Shown piece after piece: positions 1 to 10,597 of a stretch of 64,000 bases of DNA. Origin of the DNA: Histomonas meleagridis 2922-C6/04-290x. Lineage: Eukaryota > Protista > Parabasalia. Location of the stretch: positions 310,001 to 374,000 of the forward strand of contig JAANOX010000034.1 of the NCBI GenBank assembly GCA_020184695.1, written 5' to 3'. Position numbers and translations under genes: made by a program. The notes under the pieces are model-generated. The model had not been told where the DNA came from. It searched no databases and saw nothing but the letters and a program-made list of their open reading frames with translations. Positions within the stretch are counted from its first letter, which is position 1. Each line of letters starts with the position of its first letter.

Positions 1-812
1 TTATTGATCACTGTGTCATTAATTTTTATTCGAAAAAAACATCAAAAAAGCGATCAGCTCAATTTTAAAGGAGTTGAAACGAATAGCCAAATGGGTGTTT
101 AATGAAAGATAATGAAGAAATTCAAAATAAAATTTTGTTGTTTACCATATAACATAATCTTTTTTGAATAAACACCAAAATTATTTTCTTAATCTTTTTA
201 ATTAAATATTGTGAAATATGAAATCACTCATAATTTTCTTGTAAAAGCTATAACAGTGAGATGCTTTGACCATGTAGCAATTTAAAAATTGAATAGAAAA
301 CAATCGTTCGCTATTCAATTGCTGATCAATTTTCCTATCGGCCAGAAACATCACATTTGCAGGACTGTACAACAAAGAAACATCCCAAATACTATCTTAT
401 TAATGAAATAACAAAAACACATCAAAAGCTTATATGCATGTATCACCAAATATATACGTGAATTTGAAATTTTATTTGAAAGTAAATTTGGAACAAAATG
501 CCCATGCACTACATTTGACCAAGTTGACTTTGAGAATGAGATCATCACCACAAATTCGACTCTAGATAACAGTTTATGAATTTCACTCTTTGAAAACAAG
601 AATTTGTGGAAAAAGTTCTGAAAGTTATTTTACCATACCTCTTTATGAATGTGTTTTCAATTGCTCATTTGACGAGATATACCTGAACGTCCAAACATTG
701 TTTCAGTAAGTACGAAAAAAAAAAATTTTGTTAATACGCTTTTCACATGTTCATGTGTTTTGGTGTATCGGCATTTTGCCTATCGAATAACGTTCTCCAT
801 ATTGACCTACAA

Positions 813-1115
813 ATGAGTTTTTCTGACGTAGATACAGGCTTACCTAATTATCCTGACTTAATCCCTGGTTACACACCTTATATAGGCGATTCATCACAAT
901 TGCCCGCCGAACCATTTGTAATCCCATTTGTTGACAATCGAAGTGATGAAGAAATTGATTTAATTCGGCATTCTTTAAGACCAATAATTCAGAAAACAGA
1001 ATTTGACTCTCCAATACCTGTTGCAGATTTTTGTCTTGTTGCAATTCAAAGGTGGGAAGATGATGACGATATTTCAGATTCCGAAATTTCTCTACATCTT
1101 TGTGAAATACAGTGA
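813..1115 (+). CDS. Small acidic hypothetical protein (likely start MSFSDVD at 813)
   Basis: ORF 747..1115; first ATG with protein-like composition at 813; no recognisable domain. Confidence 0.4.
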   Translation: MSFSDVDTGLPNYPDLIPGYTPYIGDSSQLPAEPFVIPFVDNRSDEEIDLIRHSLRPIIQKTEFDSPIPVADFCLVAIQRWEDDDDISDSEISLHLCEIQ

Positions 1116-1733
1116 ATGTTTCAAATGGCAATATGTAAATAATCTCTTTTTGCTCCACTAGGAGTTTGACAATATATTTTTCTAATTTTTGATATTTTAT
1201 ATAAATATGTGTTATTGTAACAGAAACATACGTTTGCTAAATCTTAAATTAATTTAGAGTTTAAACTTGTTCAAGTTTAGGAGAAACTATCTTATTCGAG
1301 ATCTTTGCAAAAATAATATGTTTCAATTTAATCAATATGCATATTAATTTTTTTAGAAGATATTTTTGAACTAACCAATAATACCACTTGAATCAATACA
1401 ATAAAATATAACATTAATGCCATCACTTTTCATATCATCGCTACTTTTGGTGTAAACTTATCAAAACAAGTTTCGAAACGAAGTTGGTAAGTTTACCAAG
1501 ACTTGGTAAAATTCTTTTGCTTTAAGCTGAAATTTTATATTCAAAACGCCAACTTTTTGTTTTAGTTAAAAATTCATTTCAAAACGAGGTTTAAACATTT
1601 GATATTACTCTCAAAGGCGGTGTTTCCTCAACATTTTGTATAAAAATTAGCTCAATAATTTCGGTTGTGACGTGATCACAAATTATCGTTTGGACACCCC
1701 ATATTTCTTTGCTGGAAAAGCGACGGTGCCAAG

Positions 1734-1766
1734 CAGTTAGCAGTTATCAGTTACCAGTTATAACTG
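1734..1766. promoter_or_regulatory. Tandem array of Myb-type sites (CAGTTA x4 plus one inverted TAACTG)
   Basis: cagttag-cagttat-cagttac-cagtta-taactg; TAACTG is the classical Myb site (YAACKG); 58 nt upstream of ATG 1824. Confidence 0.5.
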
Positions 1767-1823
1767 CTTCTGGATGAAAAAGTACAAACCGTGGATTGCA
1801 GCCCTGCAAACTTTATTAAAGTC

Positions 1824-2411
1824 ATGGGCGAATCGTCTAATTCAGAGTTCCTGGTCTCATTGCTTCCGCTCACGCCAAGCGACTCAACAAGAGTACAGGC
1901 ATCAAACAACAACCCAAGCCAGATTGTAAAAGTCCCATTCAACTCTACACTACAGATAATTGCAAATTATTTATCAGCCTTGCTAAAGGCAGGCAACAAT
2001 ATTATGACATCTCTTCATGTAGCAACAAAGCTTTCTACCTTGAAAGTTCCATTAACAATGCGAGTTTCAGAATTATTTATGATAACAGGACAGAAAGGTC
2101 AAGGCAAAATCCTTTATAACTTTGTAAGCACAAAGGCTAAAACCCCTGAACCGAAGCCTCGCACAGTTATGAAGTTCACACCAACAAAAATCGACTCTCC
2201 CTCAAGTCCAATATCTTATCCCTTAAACTCAAACATATCCAGACTCCCACTATTTCACTCAGGATTTTCCTTGTTTTCAAACAGCTTCGGTGGCTTTCCA
2301 GCTCCCATTGACTCCAAGGGCTACACATCTCCATTTTCCAGCGGGAAAGTGCCATCACAAAAATCTATAAATTTGAAGAACCAGCTTGAAGACTTGCTTC
2401 GAATAAAATAA
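1824..2411 (+). CDS. Hypothetical protein, Ser/Pro-rich C-terminus
   Basis: ORF 1791..2411 (GTG start); first in-frame ATG at 1824 (MGESSNSEF). Confidence 0.6.
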   Translation: MGESSNSEFLVSLLPLTPSDSTRVQASNNNPSQIVKVPFNSTLQIIANYLSALLKAGNNIMTSLHVATKLSTLKVPLTMRVSELFMITGQKGQGKILYNFVSTKAKTPEPKPRTVMKFTPTKIDSPSSPISYPLNSNISRLPLFHSGFSLFSNSFGGFPAPIDSKGYTSPFSSGKVPSQKSINLKNQLEDLLRIK

Positions 2412-2608
2412 CAGTGTAATATTTTTGAAATCATTATCTAAAATTGTTGTTTCTTCCTTCAAATTAAAGCCAAATTTTTATTAGCCGCCAAAAAAATGGC
2501 GGGGTTTTTTGAGTCAAAAATTTGGTCACTCAAACCGAAAGTTGACTTTGATTTTTTGTTAAGTTTATTGATAAAAGTGGTAACGGGGTGCTCCAAATAG
2601 TATTGTTG

Positions 2609-3085
2609 ATGAGCAAAGCAAAAAAAGCTTCACATTCAATAGAATTTAAAGCAGAAACAGATGGAGTCAGCAAAATGATGCCGGCAGACTTACATTCTTT
2701 TGTTTTTGATATTAAATGCACACAATGTGGAGCTCTTCGTCAAAACGTTCGATTTGAAGATGAAGAAATTTCAACTTCTGGAAGCCGTGGAACTTTTAGT
2801 TTTGTAATGAACTGCAAAGATTGTAAACGTCAATGTACAATTTCTTATGTGAAATCGAATTTGGAAGCTGAATTTTCAGATTATTCGGAATGGAGACAAT
2901 TCTTAACTGTTGACTGTAGAGGTTGCCAAATTGAAAATGTTCATTGTGATGACTGGAAAATTGAAAGTGAAAGTTCTAACACCTACGAATGGAATGGTGC
3001 TGATGACTTTTTCGAATATGACGAAGATCTTGAAAAGCCAGTAACAGTTTCTGATTTTTCCTTCAGAGTAGTTGGCATTAAATAA
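2609..3085 (+). CDS. CZIB: DUF866 / CXXC-motif zinc-binding protein (C1orf123-like)
   Basis: CTQC and CKDC pairs, SGSRGTFSFVMNCKDC, DCRGCQ and EYDEDLEKPV match the DUF866 pattern (GGRGSASMVQKCKLC, ECRG, DYDEK). Confidence 0.85.
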   Translation: MSKAKKASHSIEFKAETDGVSKMMPADLHSFVFDIKCTQCGALRQNVRFEDEEISTSGSRGTFSFVMNCKDCKRQCTISYVKSNLEAEFSDYSEWRQFLTVDCRGCQIENVHCDDWKIESESSNTYEWNGADDFFEYDEDLEKPVTVSDFSFRVVGIK

Positions 3086-3297
3086 GATATTTCACATTTT
3101 TTTCATTGATAAATTTTGCATAATTTCCATATCTAAAAACACGAAAATTTTTAAGAGTAAAAAGAATTTCATTATTCACAAAGCAAAAGTATACTTACGA
3201 AACATCAAAAACATTTCGCTATAAAATCATTTACATAAATGAAAACAAATTTAATTAAAACGATTTATTAATCAAAGATATATTTGCTCCGCATCTA

Positions 3298-4584
3298 TTA
3301 TATCTCTTCCAAGCAATCCTTTGGCACTTGCACTTGTTCGAAGTAAGCGTTTAAGCATTCAACGTTATTACCTTCTTCTTTTATACACATCACAACTTCG
3401 TCTTTCTTTAATGAGAATGTTCCTGCTGTAAAATCTCTTTTAATCCTAAACAATTTCCGACTATTATCTCTTGACTCAAGTATCTTCGTTGGAACAAGTC
3501 CTTTATCACCTGTTTCGGTTTGGATTTGAGTCATTTGGCGAGAACGTTTAAGTATCGTCACGATGCTGCCACTTTTAACCGAAATTTCTTTGGCTTTTTT
3601 TGATGTGTAATCGCTCGTAACAACAGCGAATTCTCCACTCATCTCTTTCTTAAACAGCTTCTTGGGATCAGATACAGAAGTAATATCAAATGAGGTCATT
3701 TTAGGCTCAAATGGGATAACTATGGGTTTATCTGGTAATGACTCAATTTGCTGTTGAGTAAGAAATGTGTCGAAATCATTAAGAACAGACTGGCTGTCGC
3801 TGATTTGCTTCTCACAAAGATCCATCTTCTTGATTTTGTCGTTCTTGTAATTACTGATGTGTTTGGGAATATTCTTAAGAATATCAACAAGACTATTGTA
3901 AAGTGATTTGTCAGAAGTTTCGAACAACGTAAGAGCAATCTCCATCTCATCGGAGTATTGAAAACGTGATAAATTATATTTATGATGCTTTTCAAATGCT
4001 TCGTCTTGAGCTTTGATATATGATTTCTTGAGTTCTTCATATGAGGTAAAAGCACGTTGATTTTGCTCATTTATTTTTGTGGTGAGATATTCTTGTATGT
4101 TTTTATTGGAATCTTCAAGTTGTTTAGTAAGGTTTTTATATGCTGTCATCGCTTTTTCTTTCGCTTCTCGTGCTTTCTTTAATTTTTCTTTGGAAGCAAG
4201 TACGCTTTTCTCAAATGTGCGTAGTTGAGTTTCATAATCATCCTTTAACCAGATTACCTTCTCTATTACTTCCTTATCGATTGTTTGCTGAAGGTTATCA
4301 ATTTGGTTCACACAGATTGTATTTTCTATCAATGATTCCCAAAATTCATTAAAATGAGTTCCTGTAAAACCTTCTGGAGCTACTTCGCTGATTTTAAGTC
4401 CTTTCTTTTTTGTTCGTGTCATTGGTAATGTTGATTTTGTTTTTTCAAATGATGAAACAAATCCTTGGAGATTGTGAACAGCGGATGACATATTTTTGAT
4501 AATTGTGTTTAAGACAACTAGATTTCGCCTTCCATATAAAATGAGCTCATTTGCAGAATTTTCATAGGAAAGGGTCTTCGCCAT
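3298..4584 (-). CDS. F-BAR plus SH3 domain protein
   Basis: N-terminal helical/coiled-coil region (FNEFWESL...TIDKEVIEKV); C-terminal SH3 (VVTSDYTSKKAKEISVKSG...KGLVPTKIL) and a second degenerate SH3; ATG at 4584. Confidence 0.75.
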   Translation of the reverse strand: MAKTLSYENSANELILYGRRNLVVLNTIIKNMSSAVHNLQGFVSSFEKTKSTLPMTRTKKKGLKISEVAPEGFTGTHFNEFWESLIENTICVNQIDNLQQTIDKEVIEKVIWLKDDYETQLRTFEKSVLASKEKLKKAREAKEKAMTAYKNLTKQLEDSNKNIQEYLTTKINEQNQRAFTSYEELKKSYIKAQDEAFEKHHKYNLSRFQYSDEMEIALTLFETSDKSLYNSLVDILKNIPKHISNYKNDKIKKMDLCEKQISDSQSVLNDFDTFLTQQQIESLPDKPIVIPFEPKMTSFDITSVSDPKKLFKKEMSGEFAVVTSDYTSKKAKEISVKSGSIVTILKRSRQMTQIQTETGDKGLVPTKILESRDNSRKLFRIKRDFTAGTFSLKKDEVVMCIKEEGNNVECLNAYFEQVQVPKDCLEEI

Positions 4585-4938
4585 TTTCTTGGAGCTGTCA
4601 ACCAAAAAAATTTACAGTTTCAACCGTCAAAAATAATCTTATCAAAATATCGTCAGAAATCACAAATCATTTGTGTACTTTACAACAAAATGGTGCGAGA
4701 CGCATGTATGCCACTTTTATGTTAACTTCACAATCACATCGCAGACAAATAAATTTATAATGATAAAATTTAAATTTCTTGAACACCCAAAAAATATTCT
4801 CTAATTTTAATCACAACATTTGTTATTGATTTTTTTTTGATTTATTCGACTTCCTTTATAGTGTCACTCATAAACTTTAAGCATTTAATTAAATTAGGAG
4901 GATCAATAATATTTATTAATACTTTGATATATGAACAC

Positions 4939-6162
4939 TTAAAGTTGTTGATATGTTGGATTTCTTCTTTCCTTTAGATAGTCAATTAACTTAATAGTAT
5001 AAATCACAATTGCAGATCCAGCAATTGCGCTTAACATCCAAATAAACCCATGAAGGGAGAATGAGGTGATTCCACTCAGCATTGATCCGATGTTGCATCC
5101 TGATGCCATTCTTGCGCCAATTCCCATCAAAAAACCGCCGAATATTCCCTTAACGTGCTCCACAATTGTATTCTTTTGAGTGCACCCAAAATCTTTCTTA
5201 AGTGTGGAAGCAACGAAGGCGCCAAGGATGATGGCGCAATCGGATATGAAGATGTCGGTATCCATTAAGTTATTAGGAACACCTCCACGTGATTTGAAAA
5301 ATTCCCATGAATTTGGATCGACCTTAAAGATTTTGAGGAAATCAGCACCAACATAAGCAAATACTCCCATGACACCAATGGTTGAACCGTCACAAATGAA
5401 GAAGCAATAGACACAAAGTGCTATTATGAAATTGACTATTATCCGACGGATAATTTCTTTTAACATTGGCTTTTCTTCTTCATCTTGGTCATTGCCAATG
5501 GTCATAAGCATACGACCGCTTTTAAGTGTGAATTCTTCGTTTTTGGTCATTTTGATTCTGACAAAATCACCAACAAAACAAAGAGCAAAGAGAACAACCA
5601 AAATAATAAGAGTGCCATACCAAAATAGGTTGACAGGCCCAGCTGCTTTAAGACCATTCCACCATTCATAAACAGGATCACATGATCCAAATGTAGCACC
5701 TGCAACAAAGAAAACAAAGACAACCCAGCTTTTCACTGTTCCTTCGCCCATTCCTACAAGCGTTCCTGTTGCACATCCAGATCCAAGTTGCATTCCCATA
5801 CCGAATAAAATAGCTCCTAAAACTAAAGAACCACCAACGCTAGCTCTTGTATAAGAGAAGCTCTCTTTGTCTGGATAAAACAATGGATGAAATTTTGAAA
5901 CTGGTGTTATTGTAAATAATAATGTAGCAAAAAAGCACATCATCAAAACGTCTCTCATCTGAGAAAAGTTTCCTGAGGATAACATTGAACGGAAAGAGCA
6001 TGTAAAACCGAATGGTCCAAATTTAAGAATAAATCCAAATAAACCTGAAATCAAACATATGAAACCTTTGCGTCAAGTGCTTCCACAAAGGAAGGCGGCG
6101 ATTGAAAAGCCTATGAAAAAGGCCGCTGCAACAATCCGAAGCCACCACGGTGATTCCTTCAT
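4939..6162 (-). CDS. yeeE: YeeE/YedE-family sulfur (thiosulfate) transporter with one in-frame TGA at 6075-6073
   Basis: Duplicated motifs GAILFGMGMQLGSGCATG and GGFLMGIGARMASGCNIG; multiple TM helices; the frame extends upstream from 6054 through a single TGA to ATG 6162 (MKESPWWLRIVAAAFFIGFSIAAFLCGST*RKGFICLISGLFG). Confidence 0.85.
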
Positions 6163-6408
6163 ATATTCTGTTTAATTGAACGGTTCGATGGGAATTGAGA
6201 CGAATTTAATCGTTAGAGCGCTGAAACGATATAAAAACATTGAAATTATAAAAAAGTGTCAACGTGATTGACATTTTTTGAACACAAACAACAAAAAGGT
6301 AAATGGTTTGAAGTTATGCTTAAAGGCAATTAACTTAACACGACAAATTAGCATGTATTCAAAAGCGAATTTTTATAACAAACAATTCGTTGTATTTTGA
6401 TCAAAATA

Positions 6409-7239
6409 TTATTTCAGAGGAGGCTTTCTTTGTGGTTGCCGAGGAATAGTTGCCGTTTTCCTTTTCTCACAAGCAATGGATTCAATGGCAAGAGTGAAAA
6501 CCTCTTGGCCATACTTAGCCTTTACGGAATTTAGCCATTCTAATGTTTCTGCTGGAATAATTTGTGTTTTCAAAGAATCCTCTGTTGCTGCAGCCGCTGC
6601 AACCTCAGGCGGCACATCCAAATAGAAGGCACTACATATCATTAAGCATATATCAATAATAATACTGTTACATAATTGCATAATGGCTTCATCGGGAACA
6701 ACATCAATCAACGTTTGTTTCCATCTATTAAAGTGAGTAAACGGAGTGTCAATATCGAAATCAAAATCAATTGATTTCAATAAATCCAGTTCAGCTTGAG
6801 TAATTTGGAGAAAATCACGCTGATCAATTTCTGTAGATTGCGTGTCTCTATCACCCATTATACTTCTAATTTTAGCTGAGGGTGCAGATTGACAAATTCT
6901 TGATAATTCTCTGTAAACAACTTGAATTGGCCGAAAACAATCAGCTGCTTTACAAGCTGTGAAAAGAGAAGCATTCATTAGAATGAATAAGTCGTAAGAA
7001 CATGAATCCGAATTTCTGAAATATCTTTGCAAAATAATAAATGCAGTTGCAACAATTGGTGAAATTTCTACTTGCAAACCACATCGTGCTTTACATATCA
7101 TGCACCAAACAATTCTCCTTTGTTCATCAGTCCAGCTTTTGTTGATGAGGGCAAAGGGAATGTTTTCAACGCTCATTAACACAAAATAAATGATCGGCCA
7201 TTTATCAATTGATAAAGTTGACGATAACATAATTTCCAT
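6409..7239 (-). CDS. Cyclin (transcriptional cyclin K/T/L-like cyclin box)
   Basis: VATAFIILQRYF...ASLFTACKAADCFRPI...ELDLLKSIDFDF follows the cyclin box pattern. Confidence 0.75.
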   Translation of the reverse strand: MEIMLSSTLSIDKWPIIYFVLMSVENIPFALINKSWTDEQRRIVWCMICKARCGLQVEISPIVATAFIILQRYFRNSDSCSYDLFILMNASLFTACKAADCFRPIQVVYRELSRICQSAPSAKIRSIMGDRDTQSTEIDQRDFLQITQAELDLLKSIDFDFDIDTPFTHFNRWKQTLIDVVPDEAIMQLCNSIIIDICLMICSAFYLDVPPEVAAAAATEDSLKTQIIPAETLEWLNSVKAKYGQEVFTLAIESIACEKRKTATIPRQPQRKPPLK

Positions 7240-7775
7240 TGTTTTCGATACAAAAATTGACCATTATTCTTAACGTACATAATTGAAAAACTGATGAAGA
7301 TTTTAGGGTTAAAATTTGAAAATTTCGACCTGAAAGTTATGTTCTCATTAAAATGTTACTCAGAAAGGGGAAGAACGTCAAATATATGCTTAAAACAATT
7401 GACTACCAAAGTTAAAAACATTTTTTATATTGATACGATAAATGTGTTTTATGATATTTGCTTATACCCACTTTTTGTCGTTTGTAGGCTAGTAATTGTT
7501 TGCTCGTTTTAACATATACGATCGTTGTTTGAACAAAAACATGTTGCAAAGTTGAGCAAAATTAACGTCCACTTAGCTCTTTTTGAGTTGCCGATGGATA
7601 AAATACATTTTTCCATTAATCGATGCTTTGTTTTGGGTAAGACATTAATTTGCATTGTTAACTTATAACAGTAGTTCGAAAAATATTTTTTTTTAGCATA
7701 AATGATTAAGAATCAACAAACGATTATTGTGTTTATTTTCTCTTTTAAAGGTTTACATGAAAACGCACAAAAAAG

Positions 7776-8303
7776 TTACTGGAGGTGTTCGAGCCAATCT
7801 GGAAGATGATTATGTCCAATTATTGATATATCCGGTACATAAAGTTCAATATATTGCTGATCGATAGCACGTGCTTTTATTCCAGCGAACCTCCGATATT
7901 CTTCAAAAATCGACGTCAAAGTCCACATTTGGAGTTTTCGAAGACATCCAATTACTGTTCCAGTTCTATGTTTTCCCTTATTACAGTGAATATATATTGG
8001 ATGATTTCTTGAATCTGTAAGTTCAGTTAGAGCCTGGTGTATTAGTTTTGGTTCAATCATTTTAAAAGGCTCACGATTTCCATCCATTGCCACATTTATC
8101 AACTTAATATTATTTTCTTTTAGAAATTCTTTATTTGTAGGGGAATAATCTTCTGGGCATAAGAACAATATGGATCTTAAGCCTAAATTCTTTAAGAATG
8201 AAAAATTTTTAAAATTTGGGTATGAACCTCTGTATACCCCTTTCGTTACAAGTGCGAAATTTGTTGGTGGTATTAATATTTCTTCGTTCTGTTTTTGTTG
8301 CAT
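7776..8303 (-). CDS. SIW14: Siw14/PFA-DSP family phosphatase (inositol pyrophosphate/tyrosine phosphatase)
   Basis: IPPTNFALVTKGVYRGSYP, active site HCNKGKHRTG, IFEEYRRFAG...DQQYIELY. Confidence 0.9.
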   Translation of the reverse strand: MQQKQNEEILIPPTNFALVTKGVYRGSYPNFKNFSFLKNLGLRSILFLCPEDYSPTNKEFLKENNIKLINVAMDGNREPFKMIEPKLIHQALTELTDSRNHPIYIHCNKGKHRTGTVIGCLRKLQMWTLTSIFEEYRRFAGIKARAIDQQYIELYVPDISIIGHNHLPDWLEHLQ

Positions 8304-8576
8304 TTCCTGCAAATTTTAGAGCACCCCAACGCCACTTTTCGTAAACAAAGTCAACATTGACCGTTAATCGATAAAAAGAAATCACTTTTGATTTCTTAAT
8401 GAGGCGCTCATATCTTGGAAATCAAATTAAAACCCCTGAAAAACACTAACAGAGGCATAACAAATGGCTTTATGTGAGTTACTCTTGAATGAGTCTATTT
8501 GCAATTACTATTCTCAGCAAAAACATCAAATTGATATATTTATCTTTCCATTTTTCTTGATACAAAATAAACATCA

Positions 8577-8598
8577 ATATATATATATATATATATAT
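8577..8598. repeat. (AT)11 microsatellite
   Basis: Directly visible dinucleotide run. Confidence 0.9.
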
Positions 8599-8645
8599 TT
8601 AATGTTTAATCAAACTTTCAGTTGTACAAAATAATATCATTTTCA

Positions 8646-10193
8646 TTAGCATATATCTTCCCATATTGTTTGTATCTTTTCTATCTTTTCCTGTATATCC
8701 ATGTTATCTTTGTTAAGTTCTTGCACGTCCTCCATTATGTCAGAGCCATTCAGCTCAGAGAACCAGTACCAAAGGTCTCTCACTCTTTGCTCGCCTGATT
8801 TTTCGCTTTCTTCGAACAACTTCAAAATTCCGAATAGTACGTCGTTCACCAATTCTGCGTCTTCCAATTCGCTAAAAGACAGCAGTGCGGTGAATGTAAT
8901 TTTTGCGTTTTCTTCGTCAATAATCATTACATTTAACTGATTAAGATTTGCTCTTTTCATCAAGTTAATGAAACATTTTGCGGCTTCTTCTCTCACTCTA
9001 AAAGGGTATTCTCCATTTCCGCATTTAGCAATTGTTTTGAACCCTTGATTCGTTTCGGAAAAGTCAGTTAGTTCTGATACAACGTCCAATATATTCGGCG
9101 GAACATATTCGATGATCGTATTTAACAAGTGTAATGCGCTCGCTGTCAATTTGTCTTTGTTAGCATCTTCATCAATATGTGTAAGTATCATATCGATTTC
9201 AATCCCATTAAACCATCCGTTCTCTACCATAACACTAAAGGCATCGCACGCATAAAGTCGAGTGACATATGAACCTTCATAAAATTCATATAAAAGTTTC
9301 TGCGTTAAACCACTTGATTCTAAATCATCAAAGCTTAGAGTCTTAGTTAATAACATGTTTTTGATGATTTGAAAAACTAATGATATAAAGTCATCATTGT
9401 AATCATCGTTTGGTTCTTGGCGATTAATGTATTGAACTATAATACTCATAACTGAATTATAATCATCTTCTGGAAGAGGCCGTGTCGTGAGATTACGAAT
9501 TAATATTAAAGTGGCTTTGTGATATTCATTTTTAAAGCAACTTTTGTACGGAATTGGTGGTATCGGTGGTGAATCTGGTTCCACCCAGCCATTATCAACT
9601 TGAAGTTGACAGTCAGCAACACGCTGAATGGTGTGCTCAAAAAGAGAATGGAAAGTTTCGCTAAAATTTTTGATGTTAGAGGTATAAAATTTATTGATGA
9701 TATGTATTGATAGAAAACTTTTCCTAATATAACGACCAATTGTAAAACCTGTCTGAAGTAAAAAATCAATTGGGATAAGGTTATAAAAAAATTCTGTTGT
9801 TTGGGGTACAAAAAGGATTATTCGATATATTAGTATCATTGCTCTCGATAAAACAGTTTCGAGAATACCTTCTGTAACAATAAGTGAAGATAAGTTTTGA
9901 AGTATGGAATATGTTTGTAATATGGGATAAATTTTGGATTTTAATATTTTAACGTCGCATGTTATTTCGATCATAATATTCTTAATTTCAGTGCTTGCAC
10001 TTACAAGTGCTTCATTGAAGTGTTGGCAGTGAATGGGTGCATTTTCAAGTGCTTGTCCAATTATTTGATTTTTTTCTTCCATTGTCATATCTTCATCTGT
10101 GAAATCTTCTTCCTCTTCAGGCCCAATTTGCTTTGTTCTGTCTTGAAAAATATGTGATGATTCTTTGCTTTTTAAACCACTTTTGTAGTTCAT
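8646..10193 (-). CDS. ARM/HEAT-like helical repeat protein
   Basis: 515-aa ORF with an all-helical pattern and C-terminal PFRVREEAAKCFINL resembling the last ARM repeats of importin-alpha-like proteins. Confidence 0.7.
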   Translation of the reverse strand: MNYKSGLKSKESSHIFQDRTKQIGPEEEEDFTDEDMTMEEKNQIIGQALENAPIHCQHFNEALVSASTEIKNIMIEITCDVKILKSKIYPILQTYSILQNLSSLIVTEGILETVLSRAMILIYRIILFVPQTTEFFYNLIPIDFLLQTGFTIGRYIRKSFLSIHIINKFYTSNIKNFSETFHSLFEHTIQRVADCQLQVDNGWVEPDSPPIPPIPYKSCFKNEYHKATLILIRNLTTRPLPEDDYNSVMSIIVQYINRQEPNDDYNDDFISLVFQIIKNMLLTKTLSFDDLESSGLTQKLLYEFYEGSYVTRLYACDAFSVMVENGWFNGIEIDMILTHIDEDANKDKLTASALHLLNTIIEYVPPNILDVVSELTDFSETNQGFKTIAKCGNGEYPFRVREEAAKCFINLMKRANLNQLNVMIIDEENAKITFTALLSFSELEDAELVNDVLFGILKLFEESEKSGEQRVRDLWYWFSELNGSDIMEDVQELNKDNMDIQEKIEKIQTIWEDIC

Positions 10194-10597
10194 GAAAGGC
10201 TGCCTCGAGTAAACTTTTCAAATGGTGTATGGCTTGCTCAAAAAATGGAATTCCATTTGTCTTATTTCCTTGTTAAAACATAATTACAATATGAAGCTAA
10301 ACTTGTAGAATAAATGTATATTAAATGATCCATTGATAATTTTTTTTTTGATATACATTAAAAACATTTAATTAATTTAAGTAATTTGAGGATTAAACTT
10401 TATACTATCCTTTGCAATTGTTGAAAAACATTCAAAGCTTTGGGCCAAACGTTTTAAATATTAAAATATTTTCATCTTTGGACATTTATCAAGACCGTTA
10501 GTGATCGTCTTTTTAATTTAATTCCATTCAATATTTATCGAATCATTCAATTTTTATCGTAAAGTGAAGTAATTCTTCTCATTTTTTTGTTGCTGTT

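Noticed and set aside
351-599. Short ORFs here and the many short antisense or nested ORFs in the track (e.g. 844-1158, 3720-4070, 23084-23404, 25437-25700, 56859-57167, 60938-61258)
   Set aside because: Most are shadows of real genes on the other strand or in another frame; none has a recognisable domain.
2485-2510. Bacterial rho-independent terminator
   Set aside because: It has the hairpin plus T-run shape, but the context is eukaryotic and it lies about 75 nt after the upstream stop and near the next promoter; kept only as a low-interest motif.
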